64,000 nucleotides of DNA from Octopus vulgaris (Eukaryota). Both the position numbers and the translations under genes were made by a program. Of the stretch, positions 1 to 16,240 are shown piece after piece (the first letter of the stretch is position 1; each line of letters begins with the position of its first letter). The notes under the pieces were generated by a model. It searched no databases. It was not told the DNA's origin and was given only the letters and a program-made list of their open reading frames with translations. The DNA lies in NCBI GenBank assembly GCA_951406725.2, contig OX597815.1:11408001-11472000 (forward strand). The letters run 5' to 3'.

Positions 1-2537
1 CAGTACAAATTGAAACCATGCCACTTCAAGAGAAATTAGGTCAGTACCTTAAAACAAACTTTGTTCATTAAAACCTAGAAAATAACAATGTATAACTTTA
101 CTCATACTTTTTTATATCCACTGTTGTATGTCATTGAGAGGCCATATGTGTACATTATAAAACAGTAGATACTTCGACTCTGAAGCAATAAAAATGATAT
201 CGAGATAACTCCAAGTTTGAAAATAAAACTATTTTAGAATTCCATTGTAAGTAGCAGCTTCAATTAATCTAGTCATTTTCAATTCATTTGATTTCTTTAG
301 CATCATTAACTTTGGTAATTAAAACAATATATACAAAAATAATAATAAATACAAATTATAAAACAAAAATACCAAATCAGTAAATTCTTTTGCCTTTAGA
401 CTTATTAACATAAGATTTTTCGCAAAAATCTCATCAATTTACTGAACCAACAAAACAGTGCGCTATCATAAAACTAAAATTGTATTATTTCAACCATAAA
501 AAGCAGAACGATATCTATAAATCAAAATATCTTCGAACCAGTAACGGGGACATTTACATGGTCACTCAATATACTAGATGTAGCAGCAAAACATTCAACA
601 AATCATTTCCTACATAAAACTGAAAAATACAATGTCTAATGTGATCTTAGATACACCAACAGAACAGATTATCACTGTGTTTTAATAGCAATCATACCAG
701 CAAATGACAAAAACAATAGGAACCGGGTTTTTTTCACATTTTTTGGACAAGAGCTGGTTAGTTTCCTGGTACAAGAAAAGAGCCTTTATTTGTTTACATT
801 TAAATTCTCCATAAACATTTGATTCCTAATTCTAATAATTTTCATGATATTTTAGGTCTAATCATTTCTTTGTATAATAGCGTTCACTTGCGTAGTAAGT
901 ATTGCTTTCATTATTCTATCATCGTCATAATATCTCTTTTTTAAACAGACATAAAGGTAGTCCAATTACGGAAGGGGCAGCAGCTTATTAAGTTTTACCT
1001 TCCCTTCAAAGCAACATAGAGATTTCAATTCAGCAGCCCATCTGTAAGCTTTGCAGTGTGTATGTCTGAGAGAGTGGGGGGAGAGAACATTGCAAACAAT
1101 GAATGAAATAAAGATGAAATAAAAAAAACTCATATAAATAAAAAGGCATTACTACAGATGTATACACCCCCGAATTTGTTGCTTCATAACATTCAGAAAA
1201 ATAGATACTTTTTAAGGAAATTTTCTCCTTAATGTTGTGGCTACAGTATATATAGGGATTTATGGGAAATAATTTTTCCAAGGGGTGGAGAGAGGAGTTA
1301 GGGAAAAATCCCACGATCCACCTTTTTCCCCTAATAACTTTCAGAAAAATGGGTATCTTTTAATGAAAGTTTATACAAATCGCGTTCAAACGGCATAGAT
1401 TAAGATTATTAAGACATTTGTGGCAAGAATTATTGCCGAGGGAGTAGGGAGAAGAGTTTCTAATCAGGGAGGCCAAATAAGTTAGAACTACTCTGTTTTG
1501 ACGGGGTTTTTCCCATTTTTTAAACTACAGCCTTCGAAAATGATGGGGTGGAGGTGGAGACATCTTTGTATAAAAAAGTTTAATTTTATACTTTTTTACA
1601 CCCCTACCCTCTCTCATCTGCCCACTCCAGACCTATTTTGGCCAATTTTTGTTGCACTTCAAAACCATGAGAAGTGCCTATTCGGTAAAAAAAATGTTAA
1701 CATTTTCAGAGGGAAAAGTGAGTGATTTAAGGGACATTTGACTGTTGTTTCTACAACATCCCAAGACAACCCTCCACGTTTCGTTATCACTCTCGCATCT
1801 ACTGATGTTTTTCAATATTTTTCTCAACATAAATACAATTATATGATAAAGAGAAGAAAATTTCAACAATTATGAAATGTTTTGCAACCCCAATTGATTT
1901 CTATTTATAAATTAAAAGTTTGGAGAGCCTGAGAAGGTCATTGCTAGCATTTATCCACAGTGATGTAAAGAACGAGTTGCGGAAACGATAACTCATTTTA
2001 ATAACAAACTATTCTGTTGGAAAATGTTTTTTCTTACACACACGGCTTTGCTTGATTGAGGTGGGGATAAAAATTTAGATTACAATTATTTTTGTTACAT
2101 ATATTCCATCAATGGACCACGCGTGTGCTACTTCCGCATCCTCATTCTATAAAATGTGTTTAATGTGAGAAAAATATTGCAAATATATCAATACATGTGA
2201 GAGTGAAAACAGTGGATGGTTTGGATTTAGCTAGAAACAACAACCAAATTTTCCTTGAATTGTTCACCTTTTACTCTGAAAATATTTATAGTTTTTTTTT
2301 GTTTTTTTTTTACCGAACAGGCTCTTCCCATAGTTTTTAATTTTAGAAAAATGGCTGAAATCGGTCCGGATAGTTATTATTGTAAGGCTGTTATTGGTCC
2401 GGATAGTTATTATAGCGTTCCCAACAACCATAATAGCAAAATCACTACTTAATTTATTTTACGAAAATTCTACCTGTATATTAAAAAAGTTTTATTCAAT
2501 AAATAATACTTTTACATTACGTATATAGAATAAACTG

Positions 2538-2923
2538 TGGAGGCGCAATGGCCCAGTGGTTAGGGCAGCGGACTCGCGGTCATAGGATCGCGGTTTCGAT
2601 TCCCAGACCGGGCGTTGTGAGTGTTTATTGAGCGAAAACACCTAAAGCTCCACGAGGCTCCGGCAGGGGATGATGGTGATCCATGCTGTACTCTTTCACC
2701 ACAACTTTCTCTCACTCTTACTTCCTGTTTCTGTTGTACCTGTATTTCAAAAGGGCCGGCCTTGTCACTCTCTGTGTCACGCTGAATATCCCCGAGAACT
2801 ACGTTAAGGGTACACGTGTCTGTGGAGTGCTCAGCCACTTACACGTTAATTTCACGAGCAGGCTGTTCCGTTGATTCGGATCAACCGGAACCCTCATCGT
2901 CGTAACCGACGGAGTGCTTCCTT
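2538..2923 (+). mobile_element. tRNA-derived SINE family A, full length
   Basis: tRNA-like head ggaggcgcaatggcccagtggttagggcagcgg...ggtttcgattccc (A/B boxes); flanked by 16 bp TSD tatatagaataaactg; 8 related copies in window. Confidence 0.92.
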
Positions 2924-3428
2924 CCTATATAGAATAAACTGGGTTTTCTAAATAGCGAATTAAAACTTGAAATGAAAACATTGAAATAGAAAGTGAGAGA
3001 CTTTGAATTTGAAAACGGAATACCTTGCAGAGAATGTCATGAATATTTAAATTTGTGAAAAATTGAAGTTCAAAAATTTAATAAAGATTTAATAAAATTC
3101 AGAAATCGAAATTATAGGAAATTTCTAAGAACTTGAATTTAGAAAAAGATTCCAGATGGTCATGCGTCTCATTATTGCTTTCTTTTAGTACTTTTACATA
3201 CCTAATTAATAAGCAGCTTTCTCCATTATAATTTAGATTACTGAGTTGAAAAAATGGTGTGTGTTTCTGCCGTGTAAAATATAATGATATTTTACAGTAC
3301 AGTGTCATAATTTATTGTTCATGTTTCCTTAAGCAACTGTGGTTTGTGGTTATTTTGTTATTAATGCTTCTGCCACTGTGGTTTCAGATGTTTATTACAA
3401 TATTTACATGAAACAAGCATATACACGA

Positions 3429-3661
3429 TACCTATTTCTTTATTACCCACAAGGGGCTAAACATAGAGGGGACAAACAAGGACAGACATAGGTATTAAGT
3501 CGTTTACATCGACCCAATGCGTAACTGGTATTTAATTTATCGACCCCGAAAGGATGAAAGTCAAAGTCGACCTCGGCGGAATTTGAACTCACAACGTAAC
3601 GGCAGACGAAATACTGCTAAGCATTTCACCTGGCATGCTAACGTTTCTGCCAGTTCGCCGC
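3429..3661 (-). mobile_element. tRNA-derived SINE family B (gtcgactttgcctttcatcctttcggggtcgataaa central domain)
   Basis: Reverse complement of the 9706-9940 copy; TSD atacacgatac on both sides. Confidence 0.9.
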
Positions 3662-4133
3662 ACATACACGATACATGTGTCTATTTTATACTACGTTATG
3701 TTCCCGTCCACATTTATAGCAGTAAGGTGTGATTTGGAGGTATTTTGGCTGATGTGTCTTCCAGATTGAGATCTAAATGAATGCTTACTCTGTCTTTCAT
3801 GACGGCAATATTGTGTTGTCGTTACTATTGCAGTTCAGTCCGAATTTAATTCTGATAATGCACCTTCCAGCTGTGACCTTATTATTCATTAGGAGTATCA
3901 AGATCTGCCCTAACTAATATGTTCGTCGTGTGTTTTGAACAAGAATTGCTCCCTATTTCTATCAGATCGGCAATGACATGCTTCCATCTTTGTCGTAGAT
4001 AATATACAGTGCTGCATCGTAGAGTATTTGTGGCGTATTATAGAAGATCTAGCGAGTAAAATGACAAAACGAGAAGCAAATACAAAGAAAATGAAACGTA
4101 ATGCATTGAAATGTTAAAATAGTATGACGTATG

Positions 4134-4141
4134 AGAGAGGT

Positions 4142-4182
<41 letters not shown>

Positions 4183-4205
4183 GAGAGGGTGAGAGAGAAA
4201 GAGAA
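4134..4205. repeat. (GA)n microsatellite
   Basis: Direct reading. Confidence 0.95.
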
Positions 4206-5107
4206 TATTTGATGAAGTAAGAGATACATGTTTTGAAAAACAGATAAATAAAACAAATAAAAATATAAAATCTTTATCAAGATATCGCTGGTGCCTCATC
4301 AAAGTAGTTTGATTATTAATAAAAAAGGAATAACAGCTACGTAGGGAAGACGTTAAAAGTCATCTTTCCATTCAACAGTCACTAATTGGGAAAAGCTTAA
4401 TTAGATGTTTGGTTATCTTCCACGGTGCCATAGAGATATTATAGACTATATTCATTTACATAAATTTAGATGTGATATGAAACATTTAGCAAATAACGTG
4501 GAACATTCGTCGAATTCCCAAATAACGATATCGGATTTTGAGATATTTTCTTGATAAAGTCTTATCTTCTAACAAAGAAGACCTTTGAGAATTAATTTTT
4601 TTTTTTTTTTTTACAAATAACAGTTTATCTCTCTTATTTCCCCCGTTTCAAGTACAATCTTGCAATAAGATACTAATTAAATTAATCTGACAACATTGGA
4701 AATTGAAATTTTCACTCGCAATCACACAGATGCAGACATATCTACAGACATAGAGACTCACGAACACGCACACACAAACATACACAACTGCATGCGAACG
4801 GGCATACAAATACAGGAACTTGCACACACGTATATATGTGTGTGTATATACAAAGATCAACGACGTCAAAATCGTTGATTATGGGAAACAATATCAATGG
4901 TGACATTATAAGCTGCCTGGGCTTATTAAGAATATTACACCAAAAAAAAACAAAACAAAGTATTCCCATATACATACACACATGCGCCTTACACTAATAT
5001 ACAAAGACACCTAAACGTACGTATACATAAAAACTCGCGCACACACACATGCGTATATACATACATACACACGTATATAGAGATTTAATATTAACTACAG
5101 AGACGTT

Positions 5108-5394
5108 TATATATATATGTATGTATATATATATATCTATATATGCATATAAATATGCATATATATGTGTGCATATATATATACATACATATATATGCAT
5201 ATATATATATATAAATGTGTGTGTGTGTGTGTATATATATACATATATATGGATATATATGTATATATATATATACACATATATATATGCATATATATAT
5301 ACACATACATATATGCATATATATATGTATATATATACACATATATGCATATATATGTACATATGTATGTATGTATATATATACACACATATGC

Positions 5395-5435
<41 letters not shown>

Positions 5436-5445
5436 TATATCTATC
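5108..5445. repeat. Degenerate (TA)n/(CA)n microsatellite
   Basis: Direct reading; source of the YI-rich pseudo-ORFs. Confidence 0.95.
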
Positions 5446-6357
5446 TGTTTATCCCTTTCACATGAACTTCTGATTGGAGGAAAATGTTAAATGACAGATA
5501 GTATGATCACCACAGCTACCTGCTCTCATTAGGAGCCAATCAAACGATAGAACGCTATGTAGAGTATGAGACTATCAACTTTTGGATTCGACACCATACC
5601 CACTGCAAACCTTTTGTTAAGCACACGTAACTCATTGCACATATATTTTCATATCTGTCGACTGTAGGTAGCATATATAATAAGGAAATTGTACATTTAT
5701 TAGACGAGCGTCTCAGTTACGAGAGTGTTGTCTCCCTTCTGGTTATCACTGTATGACTTGTAAATATTAGTATTTAAAAGAATTGCTGCACAAGTTTTTG
5801 CAGTTATTTTCATTTCTTTTTTGGATCAGGTTACAGTATTTCTTTCAAAACATGTAAACACTTTAATTGTCCATAGATAACTGAAGATGATTCAATCCAC
5901 TTTATGTATAATAGGGATGGCATGAAGCTTATGATTAATTTTATTTCCTTTCTGTTGATTATTGGAGTAGTTCCTCTAATTAGGCTATGATAAATATCTG
6001 GAAAAAAACATGAAAAAAATAAAGTTTTTGCAGTTTCTCTGCATAAAAATCATAAACGGTCAAATACGTTTAAGTTAAAACTAATGGTTTTATTCGTTCT
6101 AAATGTTTCTGGTTAGAAAATTCAAAAACCCGAATTTAATACATAAGCGAAGATTCAAAATGTATATAGATTCAATATAGATTCAAGGACATACTGTAGA
6201 TCCAAAGAAAGTTTCAAAGTTATTGTAAATTTGAAAACTGGGAATTACTAGATATATTAGGTGTCTTATAGTAAGTCCATCATTCCTGAAACTGTAGGCT
6301 ACTTGTTCAAAACCACACTCCAATACTGATATATTTGTACAAGCTATAAAAGAAGCA

Positions 6358-6590
6358 AGGCGAGCTGGCAGAAACGTTAGCGCGCCGGGCGAAATGCTTA
6401 GCGGTATTTCGTCTGCCGCTACGTTCTGAGTTCAAATTCCGCCGAGGTAGACTTTGCCTTTCATCCTTTCGGGGTCGATAAATAAAGAACCAGTTTCGCA
6501 CTGGGGTCGATGTAATCGACTTGATCCATTTGTCTATCCTTGTTTGTCCCCTCCATATTTGGCCCCTTGTGGGTAGTAAAGAAATATATA
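6358..6590 (+). mobile_element. SINE family B
   Basis: ggcgagctggcagaaacgttagc head, gagttcaaattcc B-box; TSD aagaagcaagg. Confidence 0.9.
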
Positions 6591-7389
6591 TAAGAAGCAA
6601 GGTATCTGGTCTAGTGGTTAGAAAACTAGACCCTTGATCACAGAATTTTGTATTCGATTCTCGGACCACGAATAGGCAATTCACGCAGCTGAAATGTTAA
6701 ATGAGTTGCATCTACTGTAGAATAGGGCCACTAATAACATTAGTACCAAATCTTGAAAATGCAAGTCGAACATAACGGAATCCCGGATAACCACAATATA
6801 ATGACAGTGAATGGCAAAATCAGAAAGTGCCGGTCGTAATGTTTTGCCATATCTAATTATGATCCTTTATGTTAAAATATCTGCCGCCAAGAATCGTTCA
6901 ATTAATTAGCAGTAACACACTAACGTCGGCTCAGTCGACTATACAAATTCATCGTAATTTGTGAGCTTGTTTCAATACTACATATCTTTATACATGACGG
7001 AATATATCAGAGACTACAAATGGAGATTATTCTAAACTGTGAAAGTTCGAGTAATGAGCAATGCTCAGCCTTTCGGTGACAAGAAATTTAGTTTCTAAAC
7101 TTTTTTCCATTAATGGAGGGTTGGGAGAGGAAATGCTACGAATATTAGAAAGCTATACGAATTATTCAACTATAATTTAATAAATTAAACAATTTCTCGT
7201 GTAATATGCTAGATGCGCAACTGAATAGGAAAAAATCCAAAATATAGTCTAACTGAAGTGATGTCTAGTCATTGAGTTATTAAATAGCATTTAAATATAT
7301 AGTTGCAGTAAATTATACACACGTTTGCAGTATTAAACATACTGAAACATTTATCTTTGTGCATAGGAATTAAAAATTATACATTCTTA

Positions 7390-7391
7390 CG

Positions 7392-7457
<66 letters not shown>

Positions 7458-7489
7458 GCACACACGCATATCTTGATATATATATATAC

Positions 7490-7543
<54 letters not shown>

Positions 7544-7561
7544 GTATATATATATATATAT

Positions 7562-7651
<90 letters not shown>

Positions 7652-7665
7652 ACACATACATACAT
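7390..7665. repeat. (TA)n/(TACA)n microsatellite
   Basis: Direct reading. Confidence 0.95.
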
Positions 7666-7759
7666 ATTATATGTATAAATAATGCATAGATATGTACTTA
7701 CACGCTCGCAAGCAAGAATTTATGAATATGTGTGCATCACCCAGGGTATATGTACACAT

Positions 7760-8135
7760 GGAGTGGCTGTGTGGTAAGTAGCTTGCTTACCAACAACATG
7801 GTTCCAGGTTTAGTTCCACTGCGTTGCACTTTGGACAAGTGTCTTCTACTATAGCCGACCAAGGCCTTGTGGGTGGATTTGGTAGATGGAAACTGAAAGA
7901 AGCCCGTCGTATATATATGTATATATTCGTGTGTCTGTGTTTGTCCACCCAACATCGCTTGACAACAGATGTCGGTGTGTTTACGTCCCCGTCACTTAGC
8001 AGTTCGGCAAGTGAGACCGATAGAATAAGTAATAGGCTTACAAAGAATAAGCCCTGGGTCGATTTGCTCGACTAAAGACGGTGCCCCTGCATGGCCACAG
8101 TCAAATGACTGAAACAAATAATAGAATAAAAGAAT
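7760..8135 (+). mobile_element. tRNA-derived SINE family C (internal TA/TG tract, LINE-like 3' tail)
   Basis: ggagtggctgtgtggtaagtagcttgc head; tail gcatggccacagtcaaatgactgaaac; several near-identical copies in window. Confidence 0.88.
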
Positions 8136-8944
8136 AAATATACATACCTACATATATACATAAGTACATACGTATGTATGTATGTACTGAAGTATGTATG
8201 AACTGCACTTACAAGTATAAAAATATATACAGTTATATATTCACACGTACAGTGATACATAAACATACAAAAGTTTATTCGATATAAATGTCTGTGTTAT
8301 GTGTGTGAGAGAGAAATAGAGAGCGTGCGTTTGCGTATGTCCATGTGCGTGCGTTTATGCTTGTGTGTGTGAGTGTGTTGGTGTGTAACTGTGTATATGT
8401 GCTAGAGTGTGTGTCCATGTACACACGTAACGTCAATTTTGATATGAATAGTGTCCACAGTTCAAAGCTGTAATTTAGTTCGGTACTTAATAAACACATA
8501 AAATATTTCTAACCTCACCAAAATGTCTTTCGGTTGGGATGAATACAAAATAATAAAATATGAATAATATATAAAAAAAAAAATCTACTAAAAAATTAGA
8601 AATTTATTTCAAAATATTATTACTGAGTAGACTAAATAGCTGAATCTTAAGTATGAAATTATATATTTTGCTTAACATGAATCAACGTTGCCCTGACATT
8701 TCAGTGTTACTGAAAAGGGCACATGGCAATTTATGAAAGTCAATGAGAAAAACTCTGCATGGTTACCCAACATGAAAGAAATTGCAACTATGCCTACCTC
8801 AGATCACAACTCCGAGGTCTTAAAAGTGGAAAGACATACAGAACGAGTAAGCAGAATGACGATTATACTATGAATAAATTTTCTATAACACATATGATTA
8901 AAAATATACTCGGTTCACCCGTGAGTAAACAGCAGCTATAATAA

Positions 8945-9333
8945 TATTTATTTACTGTCCACAAGGAGTTAACCATAGAGGACAGACAGAGGGATTAAGT
9001 TGATAACATCGACCCCAGTGCGAAACTGGTACTTTATTTATCGACCATGAAAGGACGAAAGGCAAAGTCGACCTCGGCGGAATTTGAACTGAGAACGTAG
9101 CGGCAGACGAAATACTTATTTCTTTACTATCCACAAGGGGCTAATCACAGAGAGGACAAACAAGGACAGACAAAACGGATTAAGTCGATTATATCGACCC
9201 CAGTGCGTAACTGGTACTTAATTTATCGACCTCGAAAGGATGAAAGGCAAAGTCGACCTCGGCGGAATTTGAACTCAGAACGTAACGACAGACGAAATAC
9301 GGCGTGTTAACGCTTCTGCCAGCTCGCCACCTT
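8945..9333 (-). mobile_element. SINE family B, tandem dimer (one head plus two body-tail units)
   Basis: Two body units joined at gacgaaatacttatttc; whole dimer flanked by 15 bp TSD cagcagctataataa. Confidence 0.88.
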
Positions 9334-9705
9334 ATCAGCAGCTATAATAAATGCAACAAAAGCAGAAACAGGTATTTTAAAATAAGAGAGTTTTTTTGTT
9401 ATTTTTAAGAGCGAAATCTGACCGAGTCAATGCTTGTTAAGCAAGATGCCGGTGGTTTTAAGTTCAAATCTCCCAAACAAGAGTACATACATATTCGCCA
9501 TAAGGAAAAAAAAAGTGGGGGTGGGTGGGAGCAACAACAAAAACTCACAGTATACAGGGTAAAATCGGATCTTGAAATATGATTATCTAAGACATTCAAC
9601 AGAATATTTTAAATCTGTGAATATGTATATATATTTCGCAGGTATAAAATATGAGGTGTGACTCGATCAACCAGATCTATGTATATAGGTACACATGAGC
9701 AGAAA

Positions 9706-9940
9706 GGCGGCGAACTGGCAGAAACGTTAGCACGCCGGGCGAAATGCGTAGCCGTATTTCTTCTGCCGTTACGTTCTGAGTTCAAATTCCGCCGAGGTCG
9801 ACTTTGCCTTTCATACTTTCGGGGTCGATAAATTAAGTACCAGTTACGCACTGGGGTCGATGTAATCGACTTAATCCGTTTGTCTGTCCTTGTTTGTCCC
9901 CTCTGTGTTTAGACCCTTGTGGGTAGTAAAGAAATAGGTA
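9706..9940 (+). mobile_element. SINE family B
   Basis: Full head to tail, ggcggcgaactggcag...aaagaaataggta. Confidence 0.9.
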
Positions 9941-10342
9941 CTCATTTTACCAGAATTACTGAATGTATAATGTTTTTAAAGGCGCTATGGTAGGATGTTA
10001 GAGAGATCGATCTACTATTCCTCAGTTTCAGTCGCTATTTCGAGATTCTTTTGTTTATTGGACTTACCAGTACTTATCATACATAGATGCTGGCGAATGT
10101 TAGCAGTGAATTCATAATTCACTCGTAACTCTCCTATTAACTTTAGTAGTAAACAATTGACGCATAATGCTCAGTTAATTTCAGCCCCTTTACTAAACCG
10201 TATGTTCTACTTTATGCCATATTCTCTTTTTCTGTCCCTTACTTTCTTCTTATAATCCTTGGGCAAATTCTCAACCTTCCGAAATAAAAACCCAGAACCA
10301 AATATTAGAATTGAAACTCAGTGAACGCTGTTTTGATATATA

Positions 10343-10577
10343 TTTATTTCTTTACTACCCACAAGGGGCCAAACACAGAGGGGACAAACAAGGACAGTCA
10401 AATGGATTAAGACGATTACATCGACTCCAGAGCGTAACTGGTACTTATTCAATCGACCCCGAACGGATGAAAGGCAAAGTCGACCTCGGCGGAATTTGAA
10501 CCCAGAACGTAACGGCAGACGAAATACGGCTACGCATTTCGCCCGGCGTGCTAACGCTTCTGCCAGCTCGCTGCCTT
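10343..10577 (-). mobile_element. SINE family B
   Basis: Homology to other copies; TSD ctgttttgatatatatt. Confidence 0.9.
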
Positions 10578-12394
10578 CTGTTTTGATATATATTGTTTCC
10601 ATTACACCAGACTCAGATTAACAATTAAGCAGAAATATATACAAGCTTAGGTCACCAATTGTGTGAGGTACTATAGATATCTTTTTCCAATGCCGGATTT
10701 AGAGTAATCTGAACTAGGGACCCGCAGAAGTGTCGAAATTCTTTTACTGTGGTTGTAGAACCTACTATAAATTAATGTATATATATAATATTTGAGGAAA
10801 AAAATCATCTGGTTTTAAATAGTATAATACTGAGATTTGACATGAAGAATGACTGAAAAAACTAAATCCTTAATTAGTTAGTTAATATTCAACAGTTATA
10901 TCACATTAAACAATGGGGGAGGCACAGGTGACGTTAATACTACTGCGTTGTGTTTCAGACTCAGTTGACCTGCATTCGATCCCACTATACACATACGTAC
11001 ACACAGTCACACCCACGCGCATGTATCTATATGAAGGTATGTTTCTATATATGCACATATATATATATCGGTATCAGTGTGTGTGTATTTGTATTTTCCT
11101 TTCAATCTATATATACACATATGTGTACGTACAAGGGTATGTATATGCATGTGTACATACGTGTCTGTCACATGCTATTTGTGTTTATTATTTTTGTTTT
11201 TGGGAGATGGTAACATCCACCATTTTCGTAATAAATATAATAGACCAGATAGCAAAATGATAAAAATACTAAATACTCTATTTTTGTCATTTTCGGACAT
11301 TAAAATGTTTGGACATGTCAACTTAATTTCAGGGTATGGGACATCACTATATGTATAACAAAAACAAAAAAAAAACCAACAACAAAATTTCATAAAATAT
11401 AACATAAATGAAATTACGCTGACTTGGCTATCGTTTTCATCTTAATAGCTACTCTTGCTTTATTGAATATTTTGACGTCATCTTGTTCTAGTGGAATATT
11501 ATTTCGGTGTCGAACATAATCTACATTTTTAGTACCTGCCAAATATCATTATCAAGGCCATTTTTTCGGCTATCTAGTAGATAAGATTTTCGCAGTATGT
11601 GAACTCAAGTACTGTCTACTAGCTTTTGGCAAGCTATAAAATCATGAATAAATTCTGTTTTTAAAAGTTCATTTGACGAATAAAATCATCTTCAATTTTT
11701 CAAAACTTTATTATTAGTGAATTTATATTTTCTTGATATATTTTTTTAAGTATTATTATTTTCCGATTGATTTCAATACAGACAGCTTGTATTTTTTTTT
11801 TCTTTCGTTTTCTAAGTTAATTTGTCGCAATCTCCTGAAGTCAACGAAGTAGGAAATCAAATTCTAGGATTGTATAACACGGCAAAGTCTAAATGGCTGA
11901 TCGATATAAGAATACTACTTCTACGATTTCAATCTTTAATGTTTTGTTAATTATTTCCAGCTGAGATGAATGTGCGAATTAAATTTTCAAATAATTTGAA
12001 TTGTAAACCAGTTTCAATAATTTATATAACTTCGATGCTTTGCAGCATCACTCACGCAAAGAGGAAAAAATTTAACGAAAAATTACAAAATTGACTTAGT
12101 GTTAGATTGATTGATTAGGCGACATTCATGCTTATCATTATAGAGTTGGAGACAAGAGAGTTCATATGGGCTGCTTTTTCTAAAAGACACTAGCAATAGC
12201 AGCTCAAATCCTCCTCACGGTACACCACATCGTCTTTAAAACAACAACTGTGAAAGACGGGGAATAATGCACAGAATGATATAATAGACCTGAGAAAATG
12301 CTGATATGGGCATGTGTTCGACCAAATTCTTAACACGGAATTAAAAAAGAGCTTTAAATATATGTATATGTAGTATCTACAAAATAAACCTCAA

Positions 12395-14425
<2,031 letters not shown>

Positions 14426-14579
14426 ATTCTGTCCGGGAAAAATAACGGTTAAGAAATTGGAAATCATTTAAAATATATTATATTCAGCATAACAATATAA
14501 CATTTGTAAAATTATTAAACAGTGGCTTTCACCCAATTGTTGAAGATATCGACATTTTCTTTCTGCATGTATATATTAG

Positions 14580-14897
14580 TGGAGGCGCAATGGTCCAGTG
14601 GTTAGGACAGTGGACTCACTGTCGCGGGATCACGGTTTCGATTCCCAGACCGGATATTGTGTGTGTTTATTGAGCGAATACACCTAAAGCACTACGGGTT
14701 TCAGGTAGGAGGGTCGTGGCGAACACTGCTGTACTCTTTCACCACAAATTTCTCTCACTCTTTCTTCCTGTTTCTGTTGTATCTGTATTTCTGAATCTCT
14801 CCATGAACTACGTTAAGGGTACAAGTTAATTTCACGAGCAGGCTGTTCAGTTGATCGGATCAAATGGAACCCTCGTTGTCGTAAACGACGCAGTGCT
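14580..14897 (+). mobile_element. SINE family A, diverged
   Basis: Homology to 2538-2923 with internal deletions. Confidence 0.85.
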
Positions 14898-14906
14898 ACG
14901 TATATA

Positions 14907-15295
14907 CTCTTTACTCTTTTACTTGTTTCAGTCATTTGACTGCGGCCATGCTGGAGCACCGCCTTTAATCGAGCAACTCGACCCCGGTAAGCCCAGTACT
15001 TATTCTATCGGTCTATTTTTGCCGAACCGCTAAGTAACGGGGACATAAACACACCAGCATCGGTTGTCAAGAAATGCTAGGGGGACAAACACACAAACAC
15101 ACACACGCATATATATATATATATATATACATATATACGACGGGCTTCTTTCAGTTTCCGTCTACCAAATCCACTCACAAGGCTTTGGTCGGCCCGAGGC
15201 TATAGTAGAAGACACTTGCCCAAGGTGCCACGCAGTGGGACTGAACCCGGAACCATGTGGTTGGTAAACAAGCTACTTACCACACAGCCACTCCT
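14907..15295 (-). mobile_element. SINE family C
   Basis: Reverse complement of 52820-53272; lies tail-to-tail with the SINE A copy. Confidence 0.88.
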
Positions 15296-15347
15296 TAGTA
15301 TAAATGTAAATAGTAAAAATATGGCATGCACACGTACTTCTAAACAC

Positions 15348-15382
<35 letters not shown>

Positions 15383-15530
15383 CACACATAGGTTGTGAAT
15401 GGGGAAAACTTGGCTTGTATGTTTGTCAAGCCACAAACAGAGCCGTAGATAAAAAATATAAGTTACTCCTAGAAATGCTCAATGTTCCTTAAGATCAGTA
15501 ATGGTCTTCCTCAGTCACGAGTGGACGGCC

Positions 15531-15593
<63 letters not shown>

Positions 15594-15662
15594 ATGTATG
15601 TATATATGCATATGTACATATATCTGTGTGTATATATGTATCTATCTATATATTTTCTTTCG

Positions 15663-15925
15663 GCACTCCGTCGGTTACGACGACAGGGCTTTCAGTTGAT
15701 CCAATCAACGGAACACCTTCCTTGTGAAATTAACATGCAAATGGCTGAGCTCTCCGTAGACACGTGTACCCTCAACATAGTTCCCTGGGAGAATCAGCGC
15801 CTTTGAAATACAAGTACAATAGAAACAGGAAGAAAGAGAAAAAGTTCTGACGAAAGTGTACAGCAGGATTCACCACGACCCCCTACCGAAGCCTCCTGAA
15901 GCTTTAGGTGTTTTCGCTCAATAAA
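15663..15925 (-). mobile_element. SINE family A, headless and diverged
   Basis: gcactccgtcggttacgacg...gctttaggtgttttcgctcaataaa. Confidence 0.8.
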
Positions 15926-16206
15926 TCATGTTTGTGCTCTCCCAGTTAACAGCCTTATCATTACTGGCATTTTAAACTCTTCGGTTGCATATTGGTGTGA
16001 ATAAAATCGTTTTTCTTTGGAATAGAAAAAAGTATATTTCTTCTATTGCTGGTGTCTCAAATTTAGGTTAAATCAGTGTTTCTCAAAGGGTAGGCCTATG
16101 GGAAGGTCGGAAAAGTTGTTTTGAGAAAATTTTATTAACATGTTTGACACCTCAGCACCGTCCATTGGACGGGGGGCATTTTGCTCGTCACATATATACA
16201 TACACA

Positions 16207-16240
<34 letters not shown>

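Noticed and set aside
950-1830. Possible decayed DNA element or Helitron-like sequence
   Set aside because: No termini, TSD or second copy that I could identify in the window
2538-2610. tRNA genes at SINE heads (also 44881-44950)
   Set aside because: No complete cloverleaf or acceptor stem; each continues into a repeated SINE body
3517-3732. Recurrent peptide RNWYLIYRPRKDERQSRPRRNLNSER
   Set aside because: Antisense translation of SINE B, not a gene family
4994-5490. YI-rich ORFs here and at 7.4, 12.6, 14, 15.5 and 50.7 kb; LSIY-rich ORFs at 19, 21, 23 and 28 kb
   Set aside because: Microsatellite translations
16074-16130. hAT-like terminal inverted repeat cagtgtttctcaaa
   Set aside because: Only a partial counterpart nearby; no 8 bp TSD or transposase motif found
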